Below, piece after piece: positions 23,301 through 35,769 of a DNA stretch of 64,000 bases. Position 1 is the first letter of the stretch. Each line of letters begins with the position of its first letter. The notes beneath the pieces are model-generated. The model made no database searches. It was not told the DNA's origin and saw nothing but the letters and a program-made list of their open reading frames with translations. The DNA comes from Amphiscolops sp. MND2022 (lineage: Eukaryota): NCBI GenBank assembly GCA_964187785.1, contig OZ076416.1:62868001-62932000 (forward strand), given 5' to 3'. Position numbers and translations under genes: made by a program.

Positions 23301-25560
23301 GTTGAAAAGCTTGATGCAAGAATTCTGGACTGCCAAGTTGGGCTGGATTGACAATCTTCCCAACGATTTAGCAAAAAATTACTCGGAATGGAGGTCAAAA
23401 CTGATTGATCTGAGAGAAATATATCTTAGCAGGTTCGATCTCAAGGAGATTGGGTTGCAATGCATGTCTTCTGTGACGCGTCCGAGATTGGTGATTGCGC
23501 ATGTATCTATGTAGTAGCTCAAGATGAAAATGGCGGGCGGAGAGCAACTCTGCTATCTGCTAATTCGAAAATTGCCCCCTTAAAGGCACAGTCAATTCCT
23601 CGTTTGAAAACTTTGTGCAGCACTACTAGGTTCTAAACTGATGAACGCAGTCTCAGAAAGTCCTAGCTAACTGAGTATACCCATTGAGCAGTTTTACGCT
23701 TGGACGGACGCAACAATAGTGTTAAGCTGGCTGGCGGCTGAAGCCAACTGCTGGTCAACGATTGTAGCCAGCCGAGTTGCGAAAATCCAAGAAATCGACT
23801 TCCTGAAATGGAGTCACGTAGGAACGCATGACAACTCAGCTGACATTGGGTCAAGAGGTCAAGAAGTATTGATCCCTCGAAGTTGAAAAAATGTTCCTTG
23901 TGGTGGTCACGCCCTCAGTGGTTGATTACAGAAAACTTTCCCGAACCGTTTCAGCCGCAAGGCACAAGTGAAGAAAAGAAACAATGCGCTAGGGCAATTC
24001 GAACGCTTGCAACGCAATTTCAAGAACCAAACAATCACAACCAAGTATTCAAAGAAAATCAACATACGTGAACAAAACTTTTTCCGAAAAACGCATCGGA
24101 AAGTAGTCTAAATCGGGCGATTCATTCATAAGTGTAAACGCAAGAAAACAAATTGTAGCACCTTTCCATCGCGAACAAAAATGCAAGAAGCTTTAGAAAC
24201 TTTACTACGCCAGGGGCAGTAAAAATTTGTCTCTACTGAAATTAAAACACTTGAGACAAAGACACAAGTAAAGCCACAGAGGAAACTGAAGAAACTTTAT
24301 CCGTTCCTGCATTAAGGTTTTCTATGTGTGGGTGGCCAGCTACCGCAAGCTGATATTCCAGACGAAACTAAGTATGCAAGACTGATTCCTGAGAATAGCG
24401 AATTAGCAAGAGTGGTCATTTTAGCCGCTCATCACTCCACTTTACACGGAGGAGCCACGCAAACAATTGCGCAAACAAGATCTCGTTACTGCATACCAGG
24501 TTGCAGAAATCAAGTGCGCAAATTGATTCTAAACTGCGTGACATAATCGCGGTTTATTGGTAACAAGGAAGAACCGCTAATGGGTGACCTACCAAAAGAA
24601 CAAAAAAGTGTACCGTCTAGAGCGTTTAAGGACGTAGGATTAGATTTTGGTGGTCCTTTTTGTCTAAAAGTACCGGAATCTGAAAGCAAAAAGGCCTATT
24701 CAGCGCTATAGGTTGTTTCACAAGCAAGGCTATACACTTGAAGCTTGTATCAGACCTAACAACAAATGCTTGTATTGCTGCACTACGACGCTTCACGTCA
24801 GGACGCGGTTGCCCGAGAAAAATTTTCTCAGATAATGCCACAAACTTTACAGGTTCACAATCAGAACTTGAAAAATTGCCGAAAATCTTTAGTGCGAAAT
24901 ACCAAGACTCTTTGCAGGCAGCAGCGGCTGGCCTTTTAATTGAGTGGAACTTTTTTCTCCTAATGCTCCTCAATTTGTGGTTTATGAAGGGCTGGTAAAA
25001 AAAGCGCGAAACATCATTTAAGACGGACAATGGGAAATCACGTCCTAACTTTTGAAGAGATGGCAATTTTGTTTTGTCAAGTTGAGAGTATTTTGAACTC
25101 GCGTCCGATCGGTGTTATATCTGAAGATCCAAATGACGGTGAAATCTTAACGCCTGCGCATTTAATAGGCGGAACGAAGCTCGAAACTTTCCCGACAGTA
25201 GAAATGCCGAAGAAAAAAAATTTTGCCAAGTGCACTTCAGCAGCTAGATGGGCGCACATTCAAAACTTGCTCCTGTATTTCTGGAAGCGCTGGCATAAGG
25301 AATACGTGACATCTTTCCAGGAATGAAAAAAGTGGTGCAAGGAAGTTAACAATTTGAAAGTTGACGATGTTGTCTTCATCACTGATGATAATGTGGCGCC
25401 ATTGCAATGGCCGTTGTGGCGCTTTTCATACGTGTATAGTGGTCCTGACAATTTTGTGCGAGTTGTCAAAGTTCGAACGCAGTCTGGAATCTACAACAGA
25501 GCTGTATACAAACTCGAAAAATGCCTTTACCTTCTGACTGAAAACTCTCATCTCTTGACA
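20339..25560 (+). pseudogene. BEL/Pao gag-pol pseudogene (BEL-1)
   Basis: gag LLRDRYENKRCIMQAHL; KIDILLGADL; RT YYLPHRC, TTKLRVVFDASAK, DVDKMHRQV, TYGVASS, DFYVDDI; DPLGWLSP; integrase HHSTLHGG, FSDNATNF, LNSRPI, FWKRWHKEY. Numerous stops and frameshifts. Confidence 0.93.
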
Positions 25561-25604
25561 TCACAAACTCATTTTGATTCGAATGAATCAAGGCGGGCGG
25601 TGTA

Positions 25605-26585
25605 TGTAACGAACATATTTATTGGATACGAAATTTTCGAACTTCAGGTTTTATTCCAAATTTTTGGAAATTTTGTTCAAATATTATAAAATACCTAATA
25701 TCTTGCCAAAGGTGTCTCAAAATTCTGTTTATTGCTGTTTTTCTGATATAATATCCCAATTCCTTTTGTTTTATGGGTTGTTTGCCATCTGATATAATGT
25801 TGATGATTGCCCTTATTGCAAATTTAAGGAAAATTCTTTACGATTAGCCAATAAAATTGCAGTACGTCACATATGTGCCCAAATTTTCCACGTCAACAGT
25901 ATCTTGTTTTTCATTGGTAAGTAGCCTTACCACCAAGAAAACCCTATTTCTTCCATATAGGAAATTCTTGAGAAATTTTTTCTTTCTTTTATTAAGCCTT
26001 CCCCTAATTTCTGGAATGCCAGAGCATTGAAAATTGAGAAACAAGCGCTTCGTTCAAAATAGCAGACATTCAGTTTGAGATGTCAAAATCAATTTGTGTT
26101 TGCCCATTCAACTTTACTGTGTTAGGGGTCTGAGAAGAACAGAAAGCAAACTTTTTCACGCAGAGACACAACTCAACTGCCTCGAAACAGATAAGACATT
26201 CAATGTTGGTTGCGACATACTCCTAGAGCTTGGAAGAGGGCTTAGTGGAGAGTGAATTTGTTGACGGTATTTCTCAAGTTCTTGTTCATTTCAATCACGA
26301 CCTCATCAGCTTGTATACAGACGATGTACAGGCGATAATCTGTCTGGTCCTCGTGGTAATCATCGGGAAGCTCTGGGTCAAAATCATCCTCGTGGTACTC
26401 ATCCTGTGATTAGAAACGAGAACCATAACCGTCTTCGTCGTGAAGTCACTCTGAAGTCACTCTCGTTAGCGCTCGAAATACGTATGGGCTTTTAAAATCG
26501 CTGAATTCTCTGGAATGCCAGAGTGGTCCGCCAATTTATTTTAGTTAATTGATGATCAGAGGGTCAAAGAGCTTCAGCGAGAACT
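25605..26585 (+). repeat. BEL-1 3' LTR
   Basis: Starts TGTAACGAAC after the PPT-like AAGGCGGGCGGTGTA (25590-25604); homologous to the 5' LTR. Confidence 0.88.
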
Positions 26586-29500
26586 AATTTTTTGCAAATT
26601 GCTACCATAATATGGATTCAGGTAAGTGTTTAATTTTTTAGGAAAGTACTGGAAGTCGAAAAAACATTCATAGCTATTATCGCGCTTAATACTACTATCT
26701 AACCTGAGGAAGATATAAAGTATCGAAAATAGGCTTGTACTAAATAAAGTGAAGGTGAGCATCGTTAGGTCTCGTGATGCATAGGGCTAGCTGCTGGGGT
26801 TGTTAGCGCTGCGATAAGGCCTTGTCGCGGTACGTCCCCCAATTAGTACTTGACCGAGTCTCTGAACGCGAGAGGCATTTTGCTTTTTTAATTTTTTTTC
26901 AAAAATTACTAAAAAGTGCCTAAAATGCCAAATGTTACTACTAAACACCCTACCCCCTAACCAACCGATCAATCAAACAGACGTTTCGAAGTCAATTTTA
27001 TTCAAATGTATCAAAATTAAAGATTTGACATTGTCAACCTATAGTTTGGTAAGTTTCTGTTTCCCGTTGTAAAGGATCTCTTTAGCGTTTCAACTCTCTC
27101 GTTGAACAATCTCCGTTTTCTTTGCTGTTTGACAGGTCGTCTACCCTTTCTTGCCAGTGCAATTTAATTTTTTGTCTCGCCTGCCAAAAAGGATGGCTCG
27201 GTTTCCACATTTTTAGACTGTGTCTGTGTTTCTGAGGGGTGCCTTTTCTCCTCAAGCATTTATCACAGCTTTGAACCCAACTGTTCACGTCACGTTTCAT
27301 CACAGGCCAAAAGAACCGTTCTTGAGCTCTCTGATATGTTTATTCGATTCCGAAATAGCCTGTGCACGGAGACTCGTGCAGCAATGGTAGTATGTTGGAA
27401 ATTTGATTCTCCGCAACAATAAGCTGATGTACCCAACGATCTCCGTCTTCTAATTTTTTCCTTCTGAAGAGAAGTTCTTGTATCAACCGGAGGTTCTTAA
27501 AGTCCAACCAAAATTTCCATAGTTCTTCAGAAGCTCCGTTCATGTTTTTTCGATCAGGTCTCTGCTTTTTTCAATCCGTTTCAGGACTTTCTTTATGTTG
27601 TTATCTTCATGCTGTTTCATTTGCATACTATTACGATCTGTATTCTGGAGTAACATCCATGGGTTCGCAGGATGTTCCATCGTCGTGTTTTCTGTCAGTG
27701 CTGCCACATAGACAGTTTTCGGATCTTCCTCCTCCGGCAGTACTCACGATAAACAATCTGCATGAGGGATGCCTCTACCCGCTTTATGTTTAATTTCGAA
27801 GTCAAATTGTCCAAGTTTTTCCAACCAACGTGCAACTATCCCTTCAGGATCTTTGAAACTGTAGAGCCATACCAAGGCTCTGTGATCAGTAACTATTGAA
27901 AATTTTCTACCCAAGAGATAGGTTTTGAAATGATTTGTAAAATGGACAACGGCAAATAGTTCCCTTTTAGTTGCTGAATAGTTTTTTTGGCTTTTGTTCA
28001 GAGTTTTGCTGGCGTAAAAAAAACTCGATCAATTTCTTCTTGTTGCTGTGTTAGAACTGCCCAATTCCCGTTAGTGAAGCATCCGTAGTTAGAGTGTACT
28101 AATCTCGATTGTTCGGATACCCCAAATAGGTGCCGACAATAATTTTCCTTTCAGCTCTTGCAAGGCCTGTTCGCATTCTTTCGTCCACGCGAATTTGTTT
28201 TCTTTCTTCAGAAGATTGTACAGAGGTTCTGAAGTCTTTCCGAAACCCGGAATGAATTTTCTATAGAAACCCACCAACCCAAGGACTGCTCTAACTTCTT
28301 TCAGACAAGTTGGTGATTTCATTTTCTCAACTGCCTTCACTTTTTCTTCATCCACCTCAACCCCATTTTCAGAGATGACATGTCCTAGGAAATGTATTCT
28401 TTTCTGGAGGAGTTTACAATTTGATCCTTTGGTTTTTAGTCCACTTTTCTGAAGTCTGCAAAATACCAGTTCTAAACTTCCCATATGTTCTTCGAAGTTT
28501 CTACCAAAAACGTCATCTAGATATACCAGGGCAACGTCCTAGGATAGACCGCTGAACACCATGTTCCATGACGTTCTGAAAAGCCCCTGGAGCTAATGCT
28601 AGGCCCATTGGTAGTCGTTTTCATTTGTATAGACCCATAGGCGTAATGAAAGCAGTGAGGTTTTAACTATCGTCTTTTAATGCCATTTGGAAATACCCGG
28701 ATGTTGAATCAATGCTCGAAAAGAACATGTTTCCTTCTAAAGAGTCTGATACATCGCTTACTCGAGGTAACGGCCAACACGTTTTTTCGATCTGTTTGTT
28801 TAAACCCCGGTAGTCAACATCCAATCTGAAAGACCTGTCCTTTCTTGGGACCAATATGCTGGGAGCCGCCCAATCGGAATGATTTGGTGCAATTAGATCG
28901 GCTTCGGCTAATCCTTCAACGATTTTTTTCATTGCTTTCCGTTTATCAAAACTCATGTTTCCGTAGGTTCTCCTAAAAGGTTGAGCGTCAGGTTTCAGTT
29001 TGATTTGGTGCTCAATCTGATTGTTGAAAGCCAAATCATTTGAGTGTCTCGAGAAAATTGTCTAGTACTTATTGCATAATGTTCTTACTTGGTGCAGCTG
29101 GTCCTTTGACAGATTTTTATTTTCTATATTAACATGTCTCTCGAAGCTGAAATCCTCGCGCTTCGTTTTCTCTTCTGTTTGTCGTTGTAATTTTGAAGAA
29201 TGTTCATCCAACTCCAATGTTTCTAGTGTACCTACCCTAGTATCCCGATAAGTAACAATATCTTCATTGTGTATGTTCAATAGTCTTACCCAACACGTTC
29301 TGTTGTCATTGTTCACTAAGGCATGAGCAACCCATAATCCTGTCGTTTTCTTGGAAGGTTTCGAGGGGGTTTACTATACCTTCTAACTTGTTAGCCTTCG
29401 AACCATCCTCGTATCTCAACTCACACTGCACTAGTGTCTCAGTTCGTGCAGGAATTGCTTGGTTCGACCTGGCTACCAAAAATGTTGAGCCCTCTTTACT

Positions 29501-30282
29501 AGCATTTGACTTTAGTTCCATTATTCGGTTCATTTTTCCACAGAATAGTTTCTGTTGTTTCGCGTACAGTACACAATCGTTTTGTACCATGAAATCTAAT
29601 CCCACGGGAAAAAATCCAATGCCGAAAATGAAAATGTGGCCCGAAACTCGGGTGTAAACTTTTGGAGCTGAACGATAAGTTCAAGTTTACCCTTTATCAG
29701 TAGAGGCGAATTGTTTGCCGTGAGTATCTCTCGTTTTACTCTTCCGTTTTACCACTGAACGTTAATGTTTGCAAATTTCACCAGCTTATCAGTGAGATGC
29801 TACTACCACTGTCAACTGAAGCAGTTGTAAGTTTTCCTTGCAGCAAAAACGTTGTGTATAAAGCGTGTGTATTAGTTTGACTCCATTCAGTCATTCCCAT
29901 AATGGCCAAAGTCGATCGAGGCAAATGTGTGGCCATTTCCACATCGGTCTGTTTTAGTTTAAAAAGGACAGTCTTTTTTGAAATGCTGTGAGCTTCCGCA
30001 GTTATAGCAATTCATACACTCTCTCGCCCAGTGACCACCATGACCGCATCTATGACAACTATCCCCGCGAATCCCGCTCGATCCGATTCTGAAACCCTCT
30101 CTCGAGACTGGGATCTGCTTTGTCCTCTTTCCGACCTACCGGGCGTTTGTTGTCTGCCTTTATGTCCTCCGCGTCCTCTGCTTCGTCCCCCTCGACTTCG
30201 ATCTCCCCCGTTTCCGTTTCTATCACTATCTCTTGAACTACTTCTTTGGTATTGTTTCCTTTCCGGAAAACTGTTGCGGTTG

Positions 30283-30963
30283 TCATTTCGCGAATCTCGA
30301 GAGAGAGAGTTTTTCTATCATCTGATTCACCGAATTAATCAATCTCTCAATGTTGTCGGGTTGAAGCACACCGACTCTGTGATCTCTTTCTTCTTCCTCA
30401 CTTCTAGTGACGGCTTCAAGGTGCAGAGCAATTTCTAGTATGCGCTCTATGTTCATTTCAGCGTCTCCAAATGTCTTTCTGAGATCTAGTCTCACTTGAC
30501 TATTACGGAATCCCTCAAGGAATCCCCTAACTACCAAGTGATCTCTTATCTCTTTTGATTCACCCGGGTAGGCCTTCATCGCTAAGCCCTGTAAGTCGCC
30601 TAGAAAACCGGTTAATTTCTCCCCCGGACTTTGCGTCCTCCTCGCAAGCCGTCCCCGGAATACCACTAGTTTCTCAGTGTACTGAGTTCTGAAAGCTTTC
30701 TTCAGTTCGTCATAACTCGCCCTTTGAGTGTCAGATAAAGTTCGATAGTAATCAATCGCGGATTTTTGGAGACGTAATGCAAAATAATGCGGCCGATCAT
30801 CAATTTGTACGTCATTTCCTTCACGAGTTTTTGTTCTAACACAGTTCCGGAGGTTAGCTAACAGTTCGAAATGAGGTATGAAACTTTCGATGTCATTGGA
30901 GCCCGTGAACGGTTCCGGTAATAACATCTTGGAAGTACCCGTAGCCATCGTAGCTATCAACAC
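30283..30963 (-). CDS. Gypsy gag (capsid-like) open segment
   Basis: LPEPFTGSNDIESFIPHFE...LQKSAIDYY...RTQSPGEKLTGFLGDLQGLAMKAYP...RGFLEG, a typical retrotransposon gag pattern; probable Met at MATGTSK. Confidence 0.8.
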   Translation of the reverse strand: MLIATMATGTSKMLLPEPFTGSNDIESFIPHFELLANLRNCVRTKTREGNDVQIDDRPHYFALRLQKSAIDYYRTLSDTQRASYDELKKAFRTQYTEKLVVFRGRLARRTQSPGEKLTGFLGDLQGLAMKAYPGESKEIRDHLVVRGFLEGFRNSQVRLDLRKTFGDAEMNIERILEIALHLEAVTRSEEEERDHRVGVLQPDNIERLINSVNQMIEKLSLSRFAK

Positions 30964-31530
30964 GACCTTGCTCTTCTTTCTTTTATTTGTACTGAATCTA
31001 CTTAAGGAAAAGTTACGCTAGACAACTTTTAGGATTTTATTTTTAAGCACTAGCTCTTTGATAGTGATCCACTAGCAAAAGCTTGTTGAATTTCAAAATC
31101 AGTGAAAGCCACTGATTTGTTTTAAAGACTATTTATTTCTTATTTTCTTTTGTTTTCAATTATTGATCTATTCTACGCCTTTTTTGTTTCAGTTTCTTTT
31201 TCCTTTAGGATTTTCCGTTTAAAATGGTTTCTACGTTGTTTCGATGTTATTTCTTACCCGTCTTCAAAACAACCTCGAAATAAAATTGTTCTACCAAAAA
31301 ATTACTCTCGTACAGTGGAAGTTGGTTTTACATTTGTGTGTTTTGCGAGGATTCCGATTTTAGTATCGATTCAATTTAATTTTGAAAAAATTTTTTTACT
31401 CGAGTTTATAGTGCATCTCGATTTTTTTTGAATAAAATGTTCAACTAACTTTTTTCTTCGTCGTTGATTGCGGGTCTGATACTATTTGGAGTATCTAAGT
31501 CGATGAGTCGTTTTCTTTTTCCCTTGTCAC

Positions 31531-31872
31531 GGGTGGCTGTAAATAGGTCGAATTTTTCTGGTCGAAAGGACAGGTCGAACCCCTTGATCGAATTGCAGGG
31601 ATCGAATGGAATGCGGTCGAATTTTATCGTAATTGTTGCATGGCTTGGTCGCTTCGCTCCCTTCGCCAAGAAGCAATATTGAGGCATGGCCATATGGCAC
31701 GTCGCTCCGCTTCGCTCCTGCATTCAGGGCACCAGGGGTATGTGAACATATCTGACTACGTTATAAAAATTTCGATCCGAGTTGTTTCGATCCTATTCAA
31801 AAATTTATTATGTCGACCTTACAACTAACTCTAATTTTCGAGCCCGTTCCTTCGACCTATTTCCGCCCACCC
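31531..31872. mobile_element. 342-bp MULE-like MITE inserted in the Gypsy PBS
   Basis: TIRs GGGTGGCTGTAAATAGGTCGAA and TTCGACCTATTTCCGCCCACCC; 9-bp TSD CCTTGTCAC (31522-31530) vs CCTTGTCAT (31873-31881). Confidence 0.8.
31635..31765 (-). repeat. Dispersed repeat (TTATAACGTAGTCAG...GCGAAGCGACC) nested in the MITE
   Basis: Its reverse complement matches 37678-37790. Confidence 0.8.
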
Positions 31873-31884
31873 CCTTGTCATCAC

Positions 31885-32305
31885 TGTAACGTTCCGAGAT
31901 GAACGTTTGTTGAATTTGAAGAATTTTCGGGACGAGTTGAGTTGACTGGAATGCTTTTTGAAGAAGGTTTTATATTGAATGTTAAATTAGAAGATATGTT
32001 GAGGTTGAAATTGATAGATAGAAAAAATTGTATTTAGCGCGAAAGATGGTTGAAAGAAAGTTGGAAGGTTCGACGCAGGAAGGCTCATAAGCAAAATGTC
32101 TTACTTCTCACACTTCCTTAAATACCCCTTATCAGACAATATTCTGGTGAGTCCCACCATTATCGGAGTTATTTTTTTACATTATATACAGACCTGTCGA
32201 GACCCGTCGGCCTGTGGTTACGTTATCAACGTTCACTGTCGAACCCCGACAGTACATTGTGACTAAGTTGTCGAGCCCGTCAACTTCAATTTACGATGTG
32301 TGACA
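31885..32305 (-). repeat. Probable 5' LTR of the minus-strand Gypsy
   Basis: TG...CA ends. With the MITE removed, it is followed on the minus strand by G-TGGTGACAAGG, which equals the tRNA-Ser-type PBS TGGCGACGAGG after two CpG transitions. No partner LTR is present to confirm it. Confidence 0.6.
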
Positions 32306-32354
32306 AAAATATTATTTTATTGCCAGCCATTTTTTAGGCTATAGAATCTCTCCA

Positions 32355-32890
32355 TTTTTTTAGTCGGCGCTTTTCGAAGAAAAACGCAGACTATAGTAGT
32401 GACTTCTTTTTTTTAAGACCAACGAACTGACAGATTTTATAAATTTTATAAGTTGGTACTAAAACGACACTAACACTAAACTGTGTCACGCTACTTCACT
32501 GCCACCTGTCCACTACGGCTTTTTCGAGGTCTGACAAGCAGAATGACATGGGTTCGAGTCCCGCCATGACCAAAATTTTTTGTGCAAATTTTTTTCGGCT
32601 TTGTGAGACTTTTTTCGCAAATATCTCCAAAGGGTCCACCCTTCATTTTTTTGTCTATTTTGCAAAAGAATGGATGTTAAAAAACTTGCAAAGGGCCCCA
32701 TTTTACATGTTTCGGCACTATGCGACTTACGGGAGACCAAAATTTTTTTTAAAATTTCAAAAAAAATCGGATTTTTTTTCAATTTTTCCTCAAACGGGTA
32801 CTGTAGAAGAGAATACTTGACACTTTGAAGTCCTTTTGTTATTTTTGAGCCTTAGATATGGCGCCGACTTGGGCCGTTCCCGGCTTGTTT
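32355..32890 (+). mobile_element. Helentron/DINE-like non-autonomous element
   Basis: Sub-terminal inverted repeats AGTCGGCGC (32362) and GCGCCGACT (32861), 3' hairpin GCCG-TTCC-CGGC and T-rich ends. Contains an internal B-box-like GGTTCGAGTCCC. Confidence 0.7.
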
Positions 32891-32959
32891 CCTTTAATTC
32901 TTAATTTTGATTTTCAAAAATATATAGGTTTCCTATAGAGATTTCAGCTTTCTTGTAAA

Positions 32960-33670
32960 AACGGCTCTTACGTAATTGTCGTTAGTCTTCTTGTAAAAAC
33001 GTCGGAGATGAAAAACTTCTGATTTTGATAGGTGGTTTTACCCGACAGCGAATACGAGGGGCAAAAATCAATCTTCTCAAACAGCCCCAATGACATACAG
33101 CTGGAAAGAAGGCGGGGGGGGGACGCACTTGAAAGTTCCATTGCAAAGTACGTCGCTCTCTGACAGGATTTGTAGACTTTCATCGGTAACAAAAATTGTA
33201 ACGCTCGTATCGGGAGTATGGTACCGAAGAAATTGCGCGCATATCCAGATAATGTTCTCTTCTAGCGACCATGAAATTGAACTTCCTCAATACTTTTTGG
33301 GGGGACTTTTTTTGTACGTGTATACAGCTCCGTATAGAACGGCAGTCGGGAGCGACGGTTCTGGGGTTCTGTTGAAGAACAGTGGAGTAACAGTTCTTCA
33401 TTACTGATGTAGGATCGTTTTCTATCTTTCGCAAACTCTTTTGGCGCATTGCTTCATATTCGATTTGTTATTCACATTCCCCTTGATTGTGGTTACCTGG
33501 TTGTTTTATTATCTCAGTTATGTCTGAATTAGTTATCATTGTTGCGCCGCAGCTGCGGATACATTTCAAATAATATTTCGAGTCAGTTTTTTTATTAATA
33601 TTGTATCGGTAGTTTTCGTAGAGAATATTTATGCCACGCATTGATTTGGCAACTTTTAGTTGGTTCAATT
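32960..33670 (-). pseudogene. MULE transposase remnant with a FLYWCH-like zinc finger
   Basis: ORF 33468-33668 RGINILYENYRY...YYLKCIRSCGATMIT...GNHN is FLYWCH-like; downstream LCNGTFKCVPPP...QLYVIG...LPLVFA..GK matches the MULE DDE region. Confidence 0.75.
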
Positions 33671-34249
33671 TAGAAGCTTGTGGTATTTTGTATCTTTAGT
33701 ATATTATCTCGGTTCTCCTGCGAAATTTTGCCATTGCCCCTCTCAATTTTTCATAGTTTGTGGTAACAATTTTCTCGAAGTTCATATGGACATCATTAAT
33801 TTTTATTTGCATTCTGTCATAAATTCAAGTTTTGCATCAATTAATTCAGTTGTTTTGTTGATTTTGAGCCACGCTTGTTAGCCAGTTTTCTTGCGAATTG
33901 ATTTTGGCTCATTTCAGTTAGCACTAATTTCAGCCTATAAAATTGTTTCTGATTGATTATTCAGCCAATAAAATTGCTTTCGACCTTATGGGACGAAATA
34001 TTCATTTTCGACGTTGTGGTCTTTCGACGCTGTGTGACATTCCCTTAACAGACATTCCCTTAACATACCAATTTCATGTTGAAGAGAAGACGGGAATGTG
34101 CGATTCGACTCCGCGCAATCAGTAATTTCAACCATTATATTTCAACTATATATAATCGCATTTTTTCGATAGATTATCCGTTCTTTAAAATTTATTCGAT
34201 TGATTAATCTTTTGCGATTAATCGCGAATAACCATTGAACACCCCTGGT

Positions 34250-35090
34250 CAAGGGTTCACCGCCAACCATGTCGAACGCGAAAGCTGGCATATCGCGCGA
34301 AAACTCACCACAGGCGAGTCTCGCCAGTCGACTCGTGTCGTGTCAACAACCGAAGATATCATTGTTAATTCGACATCTGCTCTGAATCTGTTTTTCGGAG
34401 ATTTTCAACGTTCGTTGATCCGGTCTCGACCCGATGGTTCTTCGTAGTTTTCTCTCTGCCCAGAGATCCACCTTGCCGCTTTTTTCTGCACGCTTTCAAT
34501 TTGTCTGGGGTCTGTCTTTGAAGCTTTCCAGAGAACGGCTCCGTAGGATACAATAGGAACAATGTAGCTTGTGTACAAATCTTTGAAATTTCAGAAGTTG
34601 TCCGCGAGACATTTCGCTTGAGCATGAAAAGTTACTTCACTGCTTTTTCACACTGTCTTTCAGCTTGTGCTTATCAGGTTAGGGTTTTGGAAATCATATT
34701 TCCTAGGTCTTTTTCAACTTCTGCTTGCTGGATGGCGAGTCTATTCATTTTGACAACAGCTGACCCTTTGCAATTGACGATTTTACACTTTTTTAAAGTT
34801 AGACTCATTTTTTGGCACCATTTCGATATTCGATGGACGTCAATTTGAAGGATAACTGGATTGGTAGTGGCTAATGTGTAATTGTCTGCATAACCAAAAC
34901 ACTTGGACATAATCTGTTGCGGGAGATCGTTTATGAAGATGATGAAAAACATAGGTCCAACTATCGAACCCCGCGGGACAACTGATGAAATTTTGAACAT
35001 TTGATAAAACACCATTTACGACTTCGTTGTTTTCGATTGCAGAGATGGCTTTCAATGAGGCACACCGCATTTCCTCCTATTCCAAGTGCT
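34250..35090 (-). pseudogene. 3' fragment of a CR1/L2-like LINE reverse transcriptase
   Basis: VPRGSIVGPMFFIIFINDLP...YADN...LQIDVHRISKWC...KKCKIV...EKDLG. Confidence 0.85.
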
Positions 35091-35095
35091 CTCAC

Positions 35096-35769
35096 TTTTT
35101 AGTCGGCGCTTCATGAAGTGAAACGCGACTATTATAGTGACTCTTTTTTTTCTATCCACACGAACTGACCAAAATAGTTCTTGAAAGTTCTACAAAATAT
35201 TATTGCACCAAATTGCACTATTTGGCCCAGCGAACTGAACCAAAATGGTTTTACCTGTTTTTCCGCGTAACACCAAACCGGGCGAGACCAAAGAGTCCCC
35301 CCTTTCATTTTTTTTTCGGCACTGCGAGACATTTTTTTCGGAATTTGTTTTTCGGAAATTTTTCCCCAAAGGGTCCCGCCTGCATTTTTTTGATGTTTTG
35401 CGACACAATGGATGTTGGAAAATCCCAAAGGGTTCCCCCTTTCAGTTTTTTTCGGCATTGTGAGATTTTTTCCCGAAAAAAAAATGTTCTTCAACTTTTT
35501 TCATGTTTTACGACAGAATGGATGTTGAAAAACCTCAAAGGGTCCCCCCTTTCAGTTTTTCGGCATTGTGAGACTTTAGCGCGCCAGGGGCTCGCGCTAG
35601 CGGGCCCCGGCGCGCCACTTGGTCCATTTTTTTAGTATGTAATTTTAAATTTTTTTTTCGAAAATTTTTCGATTTTCGAGTACTGTAAAAGAATACTTGA
35701 CACTTGGAAGTCTTTTTGCTATTTTTGAGCCTTGGATATGGCGCCGACTTGGGCCGGTCCCGGCTTGTT
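35096..35769 (+). mobile_element. Helentron/DINE-like non-autonomous element (second copy)
   Basis: Same AGTCGGCGC/GCGCCGACT sub-TIRs and GGGCCGGTCCCGGCTTGTT end as 32355-32890; internal short direct repeats. Confidence 0.7.

Larger units (their letters stand above)
18273..26585 (+). mobile_element. Decayed BEL/Pao LTR retrotransposon (BEL-1) with ~980-bp LTRs
   Basis: Direct repeats 18273-19251 and 25605-26585, PBS-like and PPT-like motifs, and BEL-type gag-pol remnants between them. Confidence 0.92.
27060..32305 (-). mobile_element. Decayed Ty3/Gypsy retrotransposon (5' LTR, gag, PR, RT, RNase H, truncated IN); no 3' LTR seen
   Basis: Minus strand: gag ORF 30283-30963; protease VDSGSSISLIS (~29790-29820); RT IDSTSGYFQ and VYLDDV (~28515-28535); RNase H TDASLTGIGAVL (~28060); integrase zinc finger LHESPCTGYFG...CDKCLRRK. 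Confidence 0.92.

Noticed and set aside
31876-31884. TGTCA as the LTR boundary
   Set aside because: It is part of the MITE's 9-bp TSD and of the PBS; the boundary at 31885 fits better.
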